DNA of 47,058 bases from positions 9,756,057 through 9,803,114 of the forward strand of contig OZ199840.1 of NCBI GenBank assembly GCA_964304625.1, read 5' to 3'. Below the pieces are notes generated by a model, which saw only the letters and a list, made by a program, of their open reading frames with translations, did not search any database and was not told where the DNA came from. The translations under genes were made by a program, and so were the position numbers. Source of the DNA: Kudoa neothunni. Its lineage: Eukaryota > Animalia > Cnidaria. This document shows, piece after piece, positions 9,461 through 23,284 of this stretch; within the stretch, counting starts at the first letter, position 1, and every line of letters begins with the position of its first letter.

Positions 9461-12400
9461 AATTGCAAATTGGCCTGAAAATATTAATCTGTTATTCTGT
9501 ATATATTCAATTATTAAGCTTCTTACTTAAATATAAATTAAAAAATGAATGCATTCGGATATTATTAACTATTTGTCTATAGTATATATTGTCGGAAAAA
9601 ATAATAATCAATGTAAAGATTGTCAGTAAAGTAATATAATAGCAGTTCCTAACGAAAATTATGAAACTAATTGGATTAAATATGGCATTGGGATTTATTA
9701 TTAATGTTATATTTATTTAAGATAAAGGTTAAAATATTCTATTATTATTTCTTGAGAAGTTTATTTTTATAATGTATAATTATTATATATTCAATTAAAT
9801 ATTACTTATATTATTGTTTTTCCCAATTTATCTTTTATAACGAAATAGAAAAGCTTTATATTAAAAAATAAAGCATCTTATCAAATTAGTAAAAAACATC
9901 AATTTCTATTCGTCAAACATCGTTCAATATGTAAACGATATCTTTATTATTTAAATAAAACTTTCAAATTATTTATGTTTAACTCATCTTTATGTTAATT
10001 AAGGAAATAATGCCTAGTCTTTATGTAAGTCGATCTGCAAGCTGAATTTTGTAACGTATAGAGAATAGTATTATCACTCATTAGTTTTGTTTTATACTAT
10101 TGTTGATATTATTCGTTTACTTATAAATATTTTTCACATCTATCATTAATAAAGCTTCATATTTAAAGAAAATGAAGCAACCTTGTGGCATTTGTCTTAA
10201 TTAATTATAACTGTTGTATAGAGAAGAATAATTTCTATTGTAACATAAAAATTATCTACTACCCCCCCAAACACACAAAATATACTTCTTGGGTCTATTT
10301 AAATAATCGATTTAATTCAAACAAATGAGGAATTATAGCTTAAATGATATCTATGGATTTTTACAAGTTGATATAATATATTGATTTTCCGTAAGGAAAG
10401 CTCTGTTCTAATCTTATTCTGGAAAAATCAGGTCATTTACGACTATAACATCGGCTTTATCTAAAAAATACATATTAAATTTTTTTCTTTATTTAATTTA
10501 ATATTAATTTGTTTTTCTTGAAATTAATCTCAAATTAAAATAACAATAAAATTATATTTTTCGTTTTATGTTAAAAAAACACTTAATAATTTTGAAACAG
10601 AATTTCTGAAAATTTGAAATACAAAAATTACAAATTAAATATAATTAATTTATATTTAATGATTTTCAAATCGGCATCTATTAAAATATTTCCAAATTAT
10701 ACGTATGCAATACAAACATCTCAAACCCACAAGAACAATTCAAATGACTGTTTCCACATAAACCTCACATTAATACTTTTTCGGAATGTTATGTTAGTCA
10801 GCTTTAGATTATCTTAGACAGAAATAGAATTATTCGAATATTTGAAATATATTAATGTTGATTTAAAACAAATATTCTTTATAAATTCCCATTTTTCCCC
10901 AAAAAATATTTTTTAAAGTTTTTAAAAAATTCTTTGATATTAATGAACGTTGTAACGAGAAGATTCAAAACTGAAATAAATTCTTAAAATTATAATTTAA
11001 AGGGATTCAATTAATTTTTGGGCATATATCTAAGATGTTAAATACATAATTTACGTTTTTAATTATCTATTGTAAATATACAAGTTATAGATTGTCAATT
11101 TCGTTCCAAACGTGACAATAGTATAGAAGAGCAATATCATCCAGTCAATCAACAGTTTGAATCAATTGACGTATTATAATTTAGTTTGTTTTGTTAGTTG
11201 CGATTTCTCAGGTACCGGATAATCCGATCGTGATCTGGCTATATCTCAGGTAAAGAATATCTCTAAATTATTTCATCTATTTTATTCATATTTAAATTAA
11301 AAAATAATATTTAATTACCTCAGTTTTTGTAAATTTTAGAAAAATTGGTAGAATAAATTAACAATAATTGAACCATCATTAATTAAACGATAATATATTT
11401 TAATTATCGTATATTTTTTAATATTCCGATAAATAACCAATTTATAAATTATGAAAATCTAGATAATTAAAAAAATATCCTTTTTTTACTCATATCATTT
11501 CGTATTTTAACAAGAAATATAATATATGAAGACTCAAACTAGAGAAGGAGGTATCGTAAAATATAACAGTTATCATATGCAGAAACTGAATTTCATATAT
11601 GATTCCAGTTTTTAGAGTTTATTTATATAATAAATTCTTTTTATGCCTTAATGTTTGTCAAATAACTTTCTCATTGCTTTCCAATTGACTTTAATTTCTT
11701 CAATAGAATTGTGAGGTTTAATATATTCAACAAAAATAATATGTTAATTCTAACTTTACATATATGTTATTCTATGATATTTTTAGATTTATCACTAATA
11801 TTCAATTTTTTCCTATGAGATTCAAAATCATTTTATGTGTCAATGTTTGTCATTTTTATTGGTGAAATGAATATTAAATGAATAGAAGACTTGTAATTAT
11901 CATCATCATTATTTAATGCATTCATGGTTTTAAGAAATGAAGGAAAGCAAATAGAAATCAACGTATATGTGAGGTATTACAACGGAATACAACTATACTA
12001 CAGGCATCGCATAAGGGGATATAGAATCTGAAAGTGAATTCTCACTTGAATTCTTTTATAAGCCTTTTCGGTTGAATCATACCTATAGCAATGTGGTAGA
12101 TTAAATTTTTAACGTGCGATCTGATAAACGCTTACCAAAGAAATTTTGTCACGCGCAAAGTCCTGAAAAATGCAGACGAAAAAATTCAAAATACTTCCAT
12201 AAGCGTATTCAAAGATATAGCAACACAATACAAAGTCACGTTTAAAATTAACGCGTTCTTCTAATCAGGATTTGAGGTTACTTTAAGAATTGGGGTCAAA
12301 TTGACCATGGAATTGGATCGTAATAGCAATAAGACGATAGCAAACGGACATTTTACAAAATGTATTTCTTGGAAAATTTGCATATGCAAGCTTAGCATTG

Positions 12401-12989
12401 ATCAGCAACACGATTTCAGAACAGGTACGTATTTTTCTAACATCCAAGTATGTTAAACAGGAAAAATAGCTATACCTACCATTTTATATTTGTTTTAGAA
12501 ATCCACCCAACTTCTGATCCTATTACAATGCTAGATACTGACAGCATTCTTAAGAAGAAAATAGAGGTTGATATAACACCCCAAGTCACGATTAATGGTC
12601 TCCATAAAATTGGATCAGCAGCATGAAGTATTAGATATTTTTTTGTGATATTAACACAGCACACTTCGAACAGTAAACGAAGCATATAAATCGCATGACC
12701 TACTGTTACATCCAAAAATAAATGTCGGGGATGGAGTTTGTTATTAATTTCACACTCCAAAAAATGGCAAACAAAAGTGTTTCATGTAAAGTTTCTACTC
12801 TTATCGCTTAATGATAATAGAATAACTTTTGAACATACTGCAAAGAATTGGAATAATGTTCCACATAATATTGTAGATATATTCCCAAAAATAGAAACAG
12901 AGACATTGTTTCATATAAATAAATTTGAATGAAATTTATATAAATATTGAATTTAAATAGGCGAGTAAGATCCATAAAGATAAGAAAAT

Positions 12990-15900
12990 GATAGCATAAT
13001 CAATTACTGTAATACCTCCTTATAAACTGTATTTTTGGTCAGACCATTTGGAGAAAAAGAGTATAAATTATGTTTGCAACTTATCCTGGAGAGGACGACA
13101 TACAACTGCCCATGAGAAAAACACGGTTCCTCTTAATATAAACCAGCAACTTTGAAGATTTGTCACTGGGCCTTATTTATGGATATTACAAGATATGATT
13201 TGATGGGAAATTGCAGTCTTTTAAAATTAAAGGCGGTGTCTGAACGAATAATCGGAATATATACATCTTCCCCTCTGGCACAGCCTGTTACGATAACGGC
13301 CTAAATAAGATAAGACATTAACGACTTTACCACTAATCGGGTGCTGTTATACAACCTTGGTGAATCCAAATTTCTTAGCAATATAATTGGAGTGTCTACC
13401 TTTAGGAGAAGTTTGTGTGAAGGAACCCTCGATAGCTCTAAAGTCGAGACTCTAGACCGTTGAGGAATTCAACGGGAAATTAATACATTGATTTTTGTCC
13501 ACAATGGTGTCATATGATTTATACTCTGTAGAGTCGCCTGGAATAAGATGGATCAATCTATCATTGATTTTGTTTACGGATTGGTTTGTGGGGGTTAAGA
13601 TAGCTCGTTCTGACAGTCAATTAGAGTTGTAAAATTTTTGTTGTATTTCTGGAAAAACACGGTTTATCTAATCATCCATGGACGAAATCAAGTTTGTCAG
13701 GGAACATAGAGGTATACATCCGTCGAGCCCAATCGTAAGTTGATCATCACCTATCCGTGGTATTTCTGAAGCGAATTGACTGGTTCCTTCTTTCTTTTCT
13801 GAGTTGCGCTCTCATATTGGTGGTGGGATGGTGGGTTTTAACTCGCGACCATAAGAGAGAGAGCTTTAGGGAATATTTTACTTCGTCATATCTTGTATCT
13901 CTGGGTATTACATGTAAAGTTTGGCGAAAATCGCCTGACAAAACCATTGATTCCGCCATATGGAATGTTTTTGTCTGTTTTATCCCTTATCGTTCTATCT
14001 AAAGCTTTGAAAATCACTCTATTTGCCATTTTGCATTCATCCCATATGATGACCGTGCGTCTGGTCAACAATTAGGACAAACCTGTCCCCTTGCTGATTG
14101 CACATACGATGGTTCCATCATCCTTAATCGCGATTGGCAACTTAAATGTACTATGGGCGGTCCTACCCCCTGGTAATAATGTGGATGCAATGTCCTAAGA
14201 TGCAAAAGCGAGTACAATTTTATATCCCTTCTTAATTAGACAAATAAAAGAGTTGTCACAATTGTCTTATCTATACCACTAGGTGCATCAAGAAAAAAAC
14301 GTTACAATTACCTATATTGTTATAAATACGTATCAACACTGTTTCGAATGCAAATCTTTGGTCAGGCGTCAGTTTCGGCTTGTTTATTTCTATAAAATCA
14401 GATAATTCTTCAGTGTCGTAGGCTAACTCTCTCTGGACTTCGTTTGGAAGAGGGACGCCAAATGTTCCATCCAAAGGAAGAAATCTGTGTGAATTTAACA
14501 TTCCTCCGCTCATTTGAATTAAAGTTCTTTTTGTGTCAATTAGAGCATGTTAAAAATCTCAGAATTGAAAACCTAGTTTGACATTAAACTGTTTTGTTGC
14601 AGTTGATATCAGTAATCTTCCGACATATCTTCTTTAAAAAGTAACCAATGTTTGTGAGGCTGGCGCGTTTCGCAACTTTTGATCAACAGTGCGAATAATA
14701 TTCGTAATTGACGTGGACTGTTTATAAGAGCCGCTTCTCTTAATGTACATTCCCAGTGGTTGTCTCCCTCCATCTAACCATTTTTAATGCACGCTTAAAG
14801 TTATGTTGGGTATAGCTGACCGTTAACCTTCTTAAGATCGTCAAAACTTTTAGGTCCCTTTACACAATGGAGCAACATCCTCAAATAAAAACATTCTTGA
14901 TGTGCAGGGTGTACACTGTAAACTCTTCCTATTGTAGAGTCGAATCGTATGACTGGATGGTCTTCAACTAGACATCGTCTTTTTGTCCAACGCCAACTAT
15001 TATCATTCCATATGTAATAATATGGGGCTTGATGGTAGAGGAGACTTTGAGCGAATTCGTCACTCTGGCATAACTTGAAAAAAGCGGTTAATGGCGTATC
15101 CCTTTGTTTTAGTAACCGATTCAACAAAGTTTCGTCGATGAAATATATACGGTGACCGTTCTCCAAATGGACGCTTAAATGCTCTATGGTTGAAAGATGA
15201 CTATGAATATTGAAGCAGAATAACCTCCAAAATCCTTCGCTACTGCTTATGTAGCGACCAGCCTGGTAATTTGAAACTTTAACCAAACGATCTCTTTGAT
15301 TAACAACAAACATGGCGGCAACAGAACATTTGTTTACATATTTCCATATGTATTTAGTGGACTTGACTGAATGACAATACATTACATAATATGGGCATTG
15401 AAAATCTTCGTCAACAAAGGACAATAAGGAACAATCCAACTATTATCTATGATGACTTCCCTATCTTCAGCTTCAGGTCGTCTTCTTTTGTAAACAGAAT
15501 ATCTATCAGTGTCTGTCTGGGAGAGTTTTTGGTGCATTTTCTCTGATCAATCATGCACGGGCTTTCTGGATTCGACGCACCACAGGGACTATGTACCATA
15601 GTTGTTCTTACAATCTGGAAAAATACTGGATGTACACCTGGGTCTAGTAATTCGCTCAATATGAATTGGTCGATATCATTGGAACACAGTTTCTGTTTCA
15701 TCCAGACCAATATATGAGCGTGTGGCAACCCCATTTCTGCCACTCAATAGTATACATAACACTAAAATTCACCAAAAATCTTCAATACATAAATTCAATT
15801 CATCAAAATTTTAATTACAAGTTGAATACTCTGGCAACTATATCTGGTCTGTCTTTAGGTGCTTGGCTATGAAATAACTCTTCATTAATTTCGCTCCAAA

Positions 15901-17330
15901 ATGGATTTCATGTGAATGTTAGAAATAGATCTGACCCTCCAAAACATCGAACGTAGATCGTGGCATTCTGCATCTTCACGGTCATATAGCGTGATGAAAC
16001 TACAAAAGTCGATGGCAAAATATACAACCGTCCCCGCCTATTTATTTCACCGTCGCTACGATTGCAATTCATTAAATTGATGTAAGATTCAACATGAAAT
16101 TCAAATTGTTTGGTTCTGATGAACCAAAGTCTCTGATTCCATCGTCGCAAGCATGTCTACAGCATATTGTTGGAATAATGTCCAAAACTGATGAAGCATG
16201 TTAAAACTATTTTCCCTTACCATAAAATGAAAAGAATAAAAATCCTTACATGAAACACTTTTGTTTGTGCCAATCTATGGAATATGAAAATAGTAACCAT
16301 CTTGACCATAAACATTAATTAGTGGATATCGCAATACATCATACGATCTGTGTGTTTCGCTTATTCTTTGAAGTCTGTTGTCCTTACTGCTCGAAACAAT
16401 ATCCCTCCTAGATTGCTGCTCATCCGATATTACGATAGCCATCTCATTGTAAGTTGGGGTGTTGTATCTTCTCTCATGTTCTCCCTGTGGACGCTCATCA
16501 GCGTTTATAATTATATTAAAATTAGAGGATGGGTACATTTCTAAAACATACTTAAAACTGTGGATGTAGTTATTGTGACTGTGTAACATATCTTGAAGCG
16601 CTAAAATAATATCATAGCTAAGCTGGGGGTACATGTTGGATCGACTTTGAGCTTACAAATCCATGTCTTGTATGAAATATATTTGCAAGAATTTCGGTTG
16701 CTTATTTTCAGAAGGCGATATCGATCCAATTCGATGACAAACTTGACTGTGAACCTTAAAAATAAGCATGAATCCGTCCCTACTATTTACGTTCACTCCA
16801 AATGATGTTATCTGGAAAGCACAGTTGTATCTTTAGATATTTTGTAGGAAGTGTCTGTAGAATATGAGGAGGAACAGGTAGTGCGTCCAAAATAACCTTA
16901 CCGCCGGCACAACACATATCCGCGAATTCGTTTATTCACTTCTTAGAACGGCATTTTGGGAAAATTTTCGACATTTTCCAAATTGTGATATTCTTTTCAT
17001 TTCCATAGTTGTAGCAGAGGTCGTAATGTAAAGCGACCATATTCCAAGTATCATCAGACATACTTCGCGATTGTTGACCGAATAGAACAGGAGTGTAGGA
17101 AAATTCAGGTACAAATTTACTGCCTGATCATGTGCTGTGCTTATTTATAGGTGACACTGCAGGACTCTGTTGAGTCGCCTCACCTACACGTCGATTTCTA
17201 TTGCTTACTCTATTTGTTTCTCGTATTCGTTCTCTTTGCTCGTCGGTTTCTCGTGAAAAGCGTAAACGTCGGCAATTCCGTCGTAATTGTTGGCGTGTAT
17301 AGTCAAAAATAAGAATAGCTCTGTAAACAA
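12990..17330 (-). pseudogene. Helitron RepHel (HUH Rep + PIF1 helicase) pseudogene
   Basis: Ordered motifs on the minus strand: N-terminal ETDEQRERIR repeat, ISETHRSYDVLRYPL, LYILPSTF, DLFLTFT, GLPHAHIL (HUH), KYIWKYVNK, RYISSSEGFWRLF, ECFYLRMLL, GGRTAHSTFKLP, IIWDECKM, SGDFRQTL, FSHGQLYVVLSR. Many stops and frameshifts; element termini not firmly located. Confidence 0.92.
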
Positions 17331-17915
17331 TTAGGGATACGATCGAATGGTATTGTTTACTTTCCTACACCTTATTCACAAACAAATGTTTTGAGGGAGA
17401 AAAGAAGAAACTTCCAATGCATAATACTAGAGTACCAGACGCAAAACGTTTATATTAATCTGATTTGATGCAGATGGTTTTATACGAAATAATAGAGTCA
17501 ATGAAATTAATCGATCGATAAAAAAATTATTGGATTATGACATTCAAACGCTTTTCAAATTTTCAATTTACTTGATTTCATTTAATAATAATTTTAATGT
17601 GTTTGTTTATTGTGTAAATTTTTTTTCAATATAACATCTATACACAGATTTATATTCCATAACCCACGCCCAGGTTGCTCTAATCCTCTAGGTCACCTGA
17701 AGGTAGATTTAGATGAAAACATAAAACACTACAAAATACAACTAAAAATTGTTCTATTCTTTTTAAATTTTAACCATCTCTATTCGATCGCGAATCTTAC
17801 AATTTCTAATAGATTAGGCTTTAAACAGTCCTATAACTTTTTTGAAATTCACCATTTCTTAGAACACACAACTTTCGGGAAATTCCGAAGTTTGTATTGT
17901 ATATATCTAGCTATC

Positions 17916-18078
17916 TGTTAAGGCAAGGAACCATCGTTCAAATATAACAATAATAATATAGAGGCTAATATAAGGGTGTTTATATAATTAGCGCCAACTG
18001 TATATTAATATACAGGTACCGACCAAGATAATGTGTCATTATATCTTTGACGCTGAAGACTAATTGTCAGCCCCAACA
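17916..18078. mobile_element. Solo LTR (163 bp), same family and orientation as 3934-4098
   Basis: TGTTAAGG...CCCCAACA, high identity to the first copy; own 5-bp TSD CTATC (17911-17915 and 18079-18083). Confidence 0.85.
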
Positions 18079-18920
18079 CTATCTATCTATATAAATAAAG
18101 TAGTAACGTCCGTGTGTATACGTATTTTTCATTCTCTATAGAGGGACATATCGCTCCATTTGAGCAAAAATATGGAAAGATAAATTTTCTTTTAACACAG
18201 AAAAATACTTAAAAAATTATAAACGGTTTGCATCCTACAAAATGACTATAAACATTTTCACGTGGTATGATTGTTTGATTTGATGGTTTATGCAAACATA
18301 GAGATCATTTTCTTATAGATATAAAAGTTAATTATAAATGTATTGTAGTGTTTATTTTACTTTAAAATTTTGAAAAGTAATTTAGTAATTGAATCAGTTC
18401 AAATAAGGAAGGTAATATTAGGTTATGTAGCTAAACTTTAATATGAAATTTATTTGTTGATGTTTAACAACATTAAACCTTTTCAAATGGTATGATTTAG
18501 AGATTACTGTGAACAGCAAGGAGAAACCCCATTTTTTAGGAGCTCTAAAGAGGAAATTTTAAACGCTCAGCAGTGTTTATTCATTTAAAAAATAATAAAT
18601 AAGGTTCATGCGTCCAATTAGTTAAATAAATCATTCGTTAATTGGTAATCTTTTTATTATTTATCTAAATACTCTTAATTTACTTTGAACTTCAAATGAC
18701 CTTGGACAATTCGTGGCGTTAGCCTAATTGGCTGGGAAAAGAAGCTCACGCGAAAGGGGGCTTTTGCGATAGTTTAACATATATATAATTATTTTGTTAT
18801 AAAAATATAATCTATTAATTTGGTAAAAGTTTCAAATATTTGATAACATTACATCACAATTAATATTGAAACAATACTAACAAGTATTAAGAAGATAATT
18901 AAATTGAACTAAAAGCGATG

Positions 18921-20262
18921 TTAACCCACCTTGTCTGAAGCGGGTTCCATTGAGGACCCCAATTTCATTACTTTTCACGTTACTCTGAAATGAACTGCTG
19001 ATTTCTTAACTGTTCCAGTAGAGCCGCTTTATCATTAAAAAGTTTGCATACAAATTATAATTTAATTTCTAATTTAAAAATACGCCTTAGAGATTATATT
19101 TATTTCATAATCCGATTATTTATTGCTACAGAATCTCAAGAAAAATGGTCCATTGTATACATATTAACTTATTTCACTTATTTATATTTATAAATTTATT
19201 TAATTGATTTTAAAGCCATATAGACGTAAGGTTTCTATATACTTCGACTTAATAGGAGATTAGAGAGGATTAATCTGTACCGCACTTCTTGGTTGGTAAG
19301 CTCTTGTTTATCTAAAGAATCTCTCTTTGCCAACAATAAACTAGTCCATGATTCATTATATGCAACATAACTATTAGAACCTTTGTGTATTAACTGAGGG
19401 TTCCGTAATATTTTTTCGGTGAAATATAAATTTATAAAGTATAAAGTAAAGTATTTGGAAAATAATTGTTCTACTGCAAATTTATTAAAATAATCAGAAA
19501 TAATGGCTATTATTATTTGTATTGAGTATATAATTGAAGTTAAAGCATTGTGTGTTTATTAATTATTGATGTCGACATGTATGTGCTACGAATCATTCGT
19601 ATACAAGCGTTAAACGTATGTTCCAGCAGTTCGCAAATATGGATACCAAAATATTTCCACAACTTAGGTTCCTTCAAAATAAATTCTAAAATGTAATCTT
19701 ACTGACTCTTAAATATGCAAATAAATTTTAAAAAAGTTCGTAAAAATGTAAATAAATTACTAAGCAATACACCTTTTGTAATTTTTTTATTATACTTTTG
19801 ATGGAATTAAAACGACATGAAATTTTCAAACGCTGCTTTTTATGAAAACTCAGAGTAAAGTGCATGCGCGGCTACATTTACTACTTTATAAACAGTCCGA
19901 TAATTTTTACAGAACGGCGCTTAGTTGGGCCTATGTTTGATCATCATCTATTAATTTTTATGGAACCTAATCGGATAAATTAGATATTTATTTCATTTAG
20001 ACATCTTCGAAGCATTTAGTGCTTAAATTTATGCGCTGATTTCACTACATTTGCCCGACTCAATAAATTCATCTTAGCTCATATCTGCATTTCAAACTAC
20101 CGGATAGAGCTAGATTTTGTTTTTTATACTTATAAATGCCCTTGAATAACATCATGTTAGTTTCGTAATAATTGATGGCGCTTAAGACCGACTTAAAAGA
20201 GGGCCCCAATGGACCCATAGGCACACGCGTAAATTTTTCGCACGCAATGCAGGTAGGGTTAC
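18921..20262. mobile_element. Decayed or deleted piggyBac-like element (~1.33 kb)
   Basis: Left TTAA-CCCACCT (18921-18931); right AGGTAGGG-TTAC (20251-20262). Imperfect GGG..GGACCC subterminal motifs at both ends. Weak internal similarity to the transposase GS.R.VT.DN.FTS..LA segment (GSNSYVAYNESWTSLLLAK, ~19320-19390, minus). Confidence 0.5.
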
Positions 20263-20425
20263 TTAATATGTTTAAACTGAAATTAAATAATTATACTTCA
20301 AATTAGTTTTTATAGAAATATTGGATAAGATAAATAATTATAAAATATTCATTTAAATGGGTTATGAATCATGATAAATAATATTATTCATTATCTACTA
20401 CAAAAAAGAATATTTGTATCATTCT

Positions 20426-23284
20426 TTATTTCTTTCTGTAGGCCATAAAACCTCCTATTCCTCCGATAAGTATAATTGCAACAACAACCGACACTATAAT
20501 ACTAAACGAAAAAATTAAAAAATAACTACTCACATCACATACATTGTTATATTGCCTGACCTATAAAATAATAATTAGATACAAAAATAATTATAAATAA
20601 ATGTACGTTGATTTGCTAGCAGTTGCACCTAAAATTAGAGTTATACAATATTTCTAAGTATTTAAGAATTGGATCACCTTTGTCAATTTCAGCTGTACCA
20701 AATATTGTCCCATCCATGCTGTAGTATACGGTCAAATGATAGTCGTTTAGATCCTCAACATTTTCAATCGTAAAATTCTTACAGGTTGGAAGCGTCGTAC
20801 AATCACCTCCTCCGTTACTCATACATTTTTTAACAGTTGGTCTAGCCACGTCGCTTGAATTAATTAACACCCACATACATTTGGACTCTTCATCTATTCC
20901 AACTGGAAGTAAGGTCGTTACCTGTAATGTTTTATAGTCACGTATTATACTAACAAACAATTTTTTTGTTAGATCAGTTGGGTCTTCAATTATTGGTTCT
21001 AAATTTTATGTTTTAGTAATCGTTAATGATATATAATTTTTAATATATATTGTAAAATAATAACTCGGGGCTAGAATGAAATGAGTTTCTTCAGAACGAT
21101 CAACAGCTGTAACAAAAATTTTATATTCTTTCGAAGCGTCGTAACCTTCACTGAATATAATATTGTTACAATATGGTACTTCGGAGCATGATTTGGTATC
21201 GTTTGATGTAGTTTCTGACGACTGTTCTACTGTACCAGCTCTTGCAATGGAAACTTTTTCGACATTAATTAATGATCCAGCCAATGGTGGTTGAATTGGT
21301 TCTGCAGGACATGAATATATTGTATCCCACGATTCTCCATTTTTAACAGTGATTTTATAATGGCATTTTATGTCACTAATCGGTGTAGACAATTTTCCTA
21401 TCATTTTATATCCTTTGTCCAATGTTTCCTTCGTAAGAGTAAGAGTCGAATAAGCTATCGTATTTATAAAAATAATAGTTCATTCAATTATACTACTCGT
21501 TTTAATACTTGTGAATGTAATAGAACCATATTCTTCATAAGCAACCACTTTAATATCGTAGGCAGTATTGAGTTCGAGGTCAATTAATGTCTTGGACTCC
21601 CTACATAAACCTCTACAAGGATTACTATCTACACATGTTGCTTCGAAAAATTTGTTTATTCCTGCTATACTGACAAAGTAATCACATGTGGGTTCAGTTG
21701 CTTCGGTTCCGGGATCACCGACAATTGCTTTAACTATGCTAGTTGAACCACCCGCAGTAGGTTTTGCAGTATCAAAATTTTTGTCAGTTTTTTTGTCTTA
21801 AATTGTTAATGAATTCGAATATTATGATAATATTGTTACTTGTTTTGACGAAAATATATTCCTTAAAATTTGCATAGTTTGTTATAGTAGTATTAGATGC
21901 AACTACTATCATTATAGGTCGTCCTTCAGGTAATCCTTCAATAGTGCGAGCAGCATTACAATTATTTACACACCCATTCTTTTTTGTACATGTTGGATTC
22001 ATAAATTCATTATTTTTGATAGTATCTGCGACATAATATTTGATTGCACACCGAACAAATCTCGTAGTTTCGCCAGATGGCGCCAATAATGACGCATTTA
22101 AAATGACTCCAGTATCTGTGACTGATACTAGAGCATTTTCATTTCCAGCTGGTTCAATGATGGCTAAAATATAATTAGGTAGTTTATCTAATTATCTATA
22201 CCAAATTTTTTGTATGTAAATCCTTCGAACGATCCACCCTGTTTTTCCGATAAACTATGGTGTCTTCTTTGTACCAATATTTCTACAATTGGCTTTGTTG
22301 AATCAAGAGTGAGTTCTACGTCGTCACAGGGGGCGTAGCATGGTTTTTGGGAACTACCGCAAATTGATGAGTAAACAGGTTTAGGATTTGCTACATCCGA
22401 TGCATCTCTGATACTAAAGTGGCATATTTCATTAGGAATTGGATTCGTAAATTTTAGTTGATATTTGGTTTTATCCTGAGCAGATTTGTATTTAACATAG
22501 AACTGTGGCTTGTAAACGTCTATATTTTCTTTCATATAATAATTTGGCATGTGGTAATAGAAAATAGGATAATCGGAGCATCTCACTTCAAAATACGGGA
22601 TTTTTATTCCATATTCAACAGTATTAATATTATTATTGGCATTAGCTTTACCACAGTCTGCTGCTTTAGGCACATCTTTGTATTTTATTCCTTTATAATA
22701 AATAGGACAAGCCACCGGTTTGCATGTGATGGCTTCCAGTTTTAAATATTTCCGATTTGTGGATGGTTTTATGTTTGGATCAATTAATAATGCTAAATAT
22801 TTATTAATTATTTAATTAAGCTTTTAACTTACGAATTCTAAACCCAAAAACTTTTCCTCCTTTTTGAAGACCCTCTCCTTTAACATTATCGCCGGACGAA
22901 TCATCTTTTATATAAATGTATTTTGATCTGGGTGATAGTTGTGTATATGTAAGCTTATTTTCGGTGCCAACGCACTTTCGTACACATTTACCCTTAACAT
23001 CACTAGCATTATTTACGCATGTTACGATTTCGCTATAATTGTTTCCTTCAGCATTTTCTTGCATTATGCGGCAATGATTCGTTTTTAAGTATTGTGTTCC
23101 TTTCAGTTCGATATGGACTTTATGGGCGTTGATATCGGAATTATCTAACTGATAATAAACTCCTCTTTCAACAGTAGCGTCATCGGAGTAACAAGTAGTT
23201 AAAACTAAATGAAATTCACCAGAATCAAACAGATATTTGTATACGTGAAAATATGATGACCAACGAAAAAGGTTCCATTTTCAT
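20426..23284 (-). CDS. Paralog C, complete 10-exon type I membrane protein (~817 aa)
   Basis: Introns 23205-23244, 22793-22832, 22164-22201, 21797-21839, 21455-21496, 20999-21064, 20629-20677, 20561-20606, 20502-20542. Exon lengths sum to 2454 nt (3n). Signal peptide and TM-RKK end as in A/B. Confidence 0.9.

Noticed and set aside
10614-10817. Short AT-rich ORFs (10614-10817, 17610-17921, 25631-25813, 37044-37250, 42899-43147)
   Set aside because: No recognisable motifs or splice context; mostly non-ATG starts; expected by chance.
3934-18078. One 14-kb LTR retrotransposon carrying paralog B
   Set aside because: Each LTR has its own distinct TSD, and there is no gag/pol between them.
19855-19890. 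Helitron 3' hairpin-CTRR terminus
   Set aside because: Ends in CTAC, the hairpin is weak, and it lies within the piggyBac-like element.
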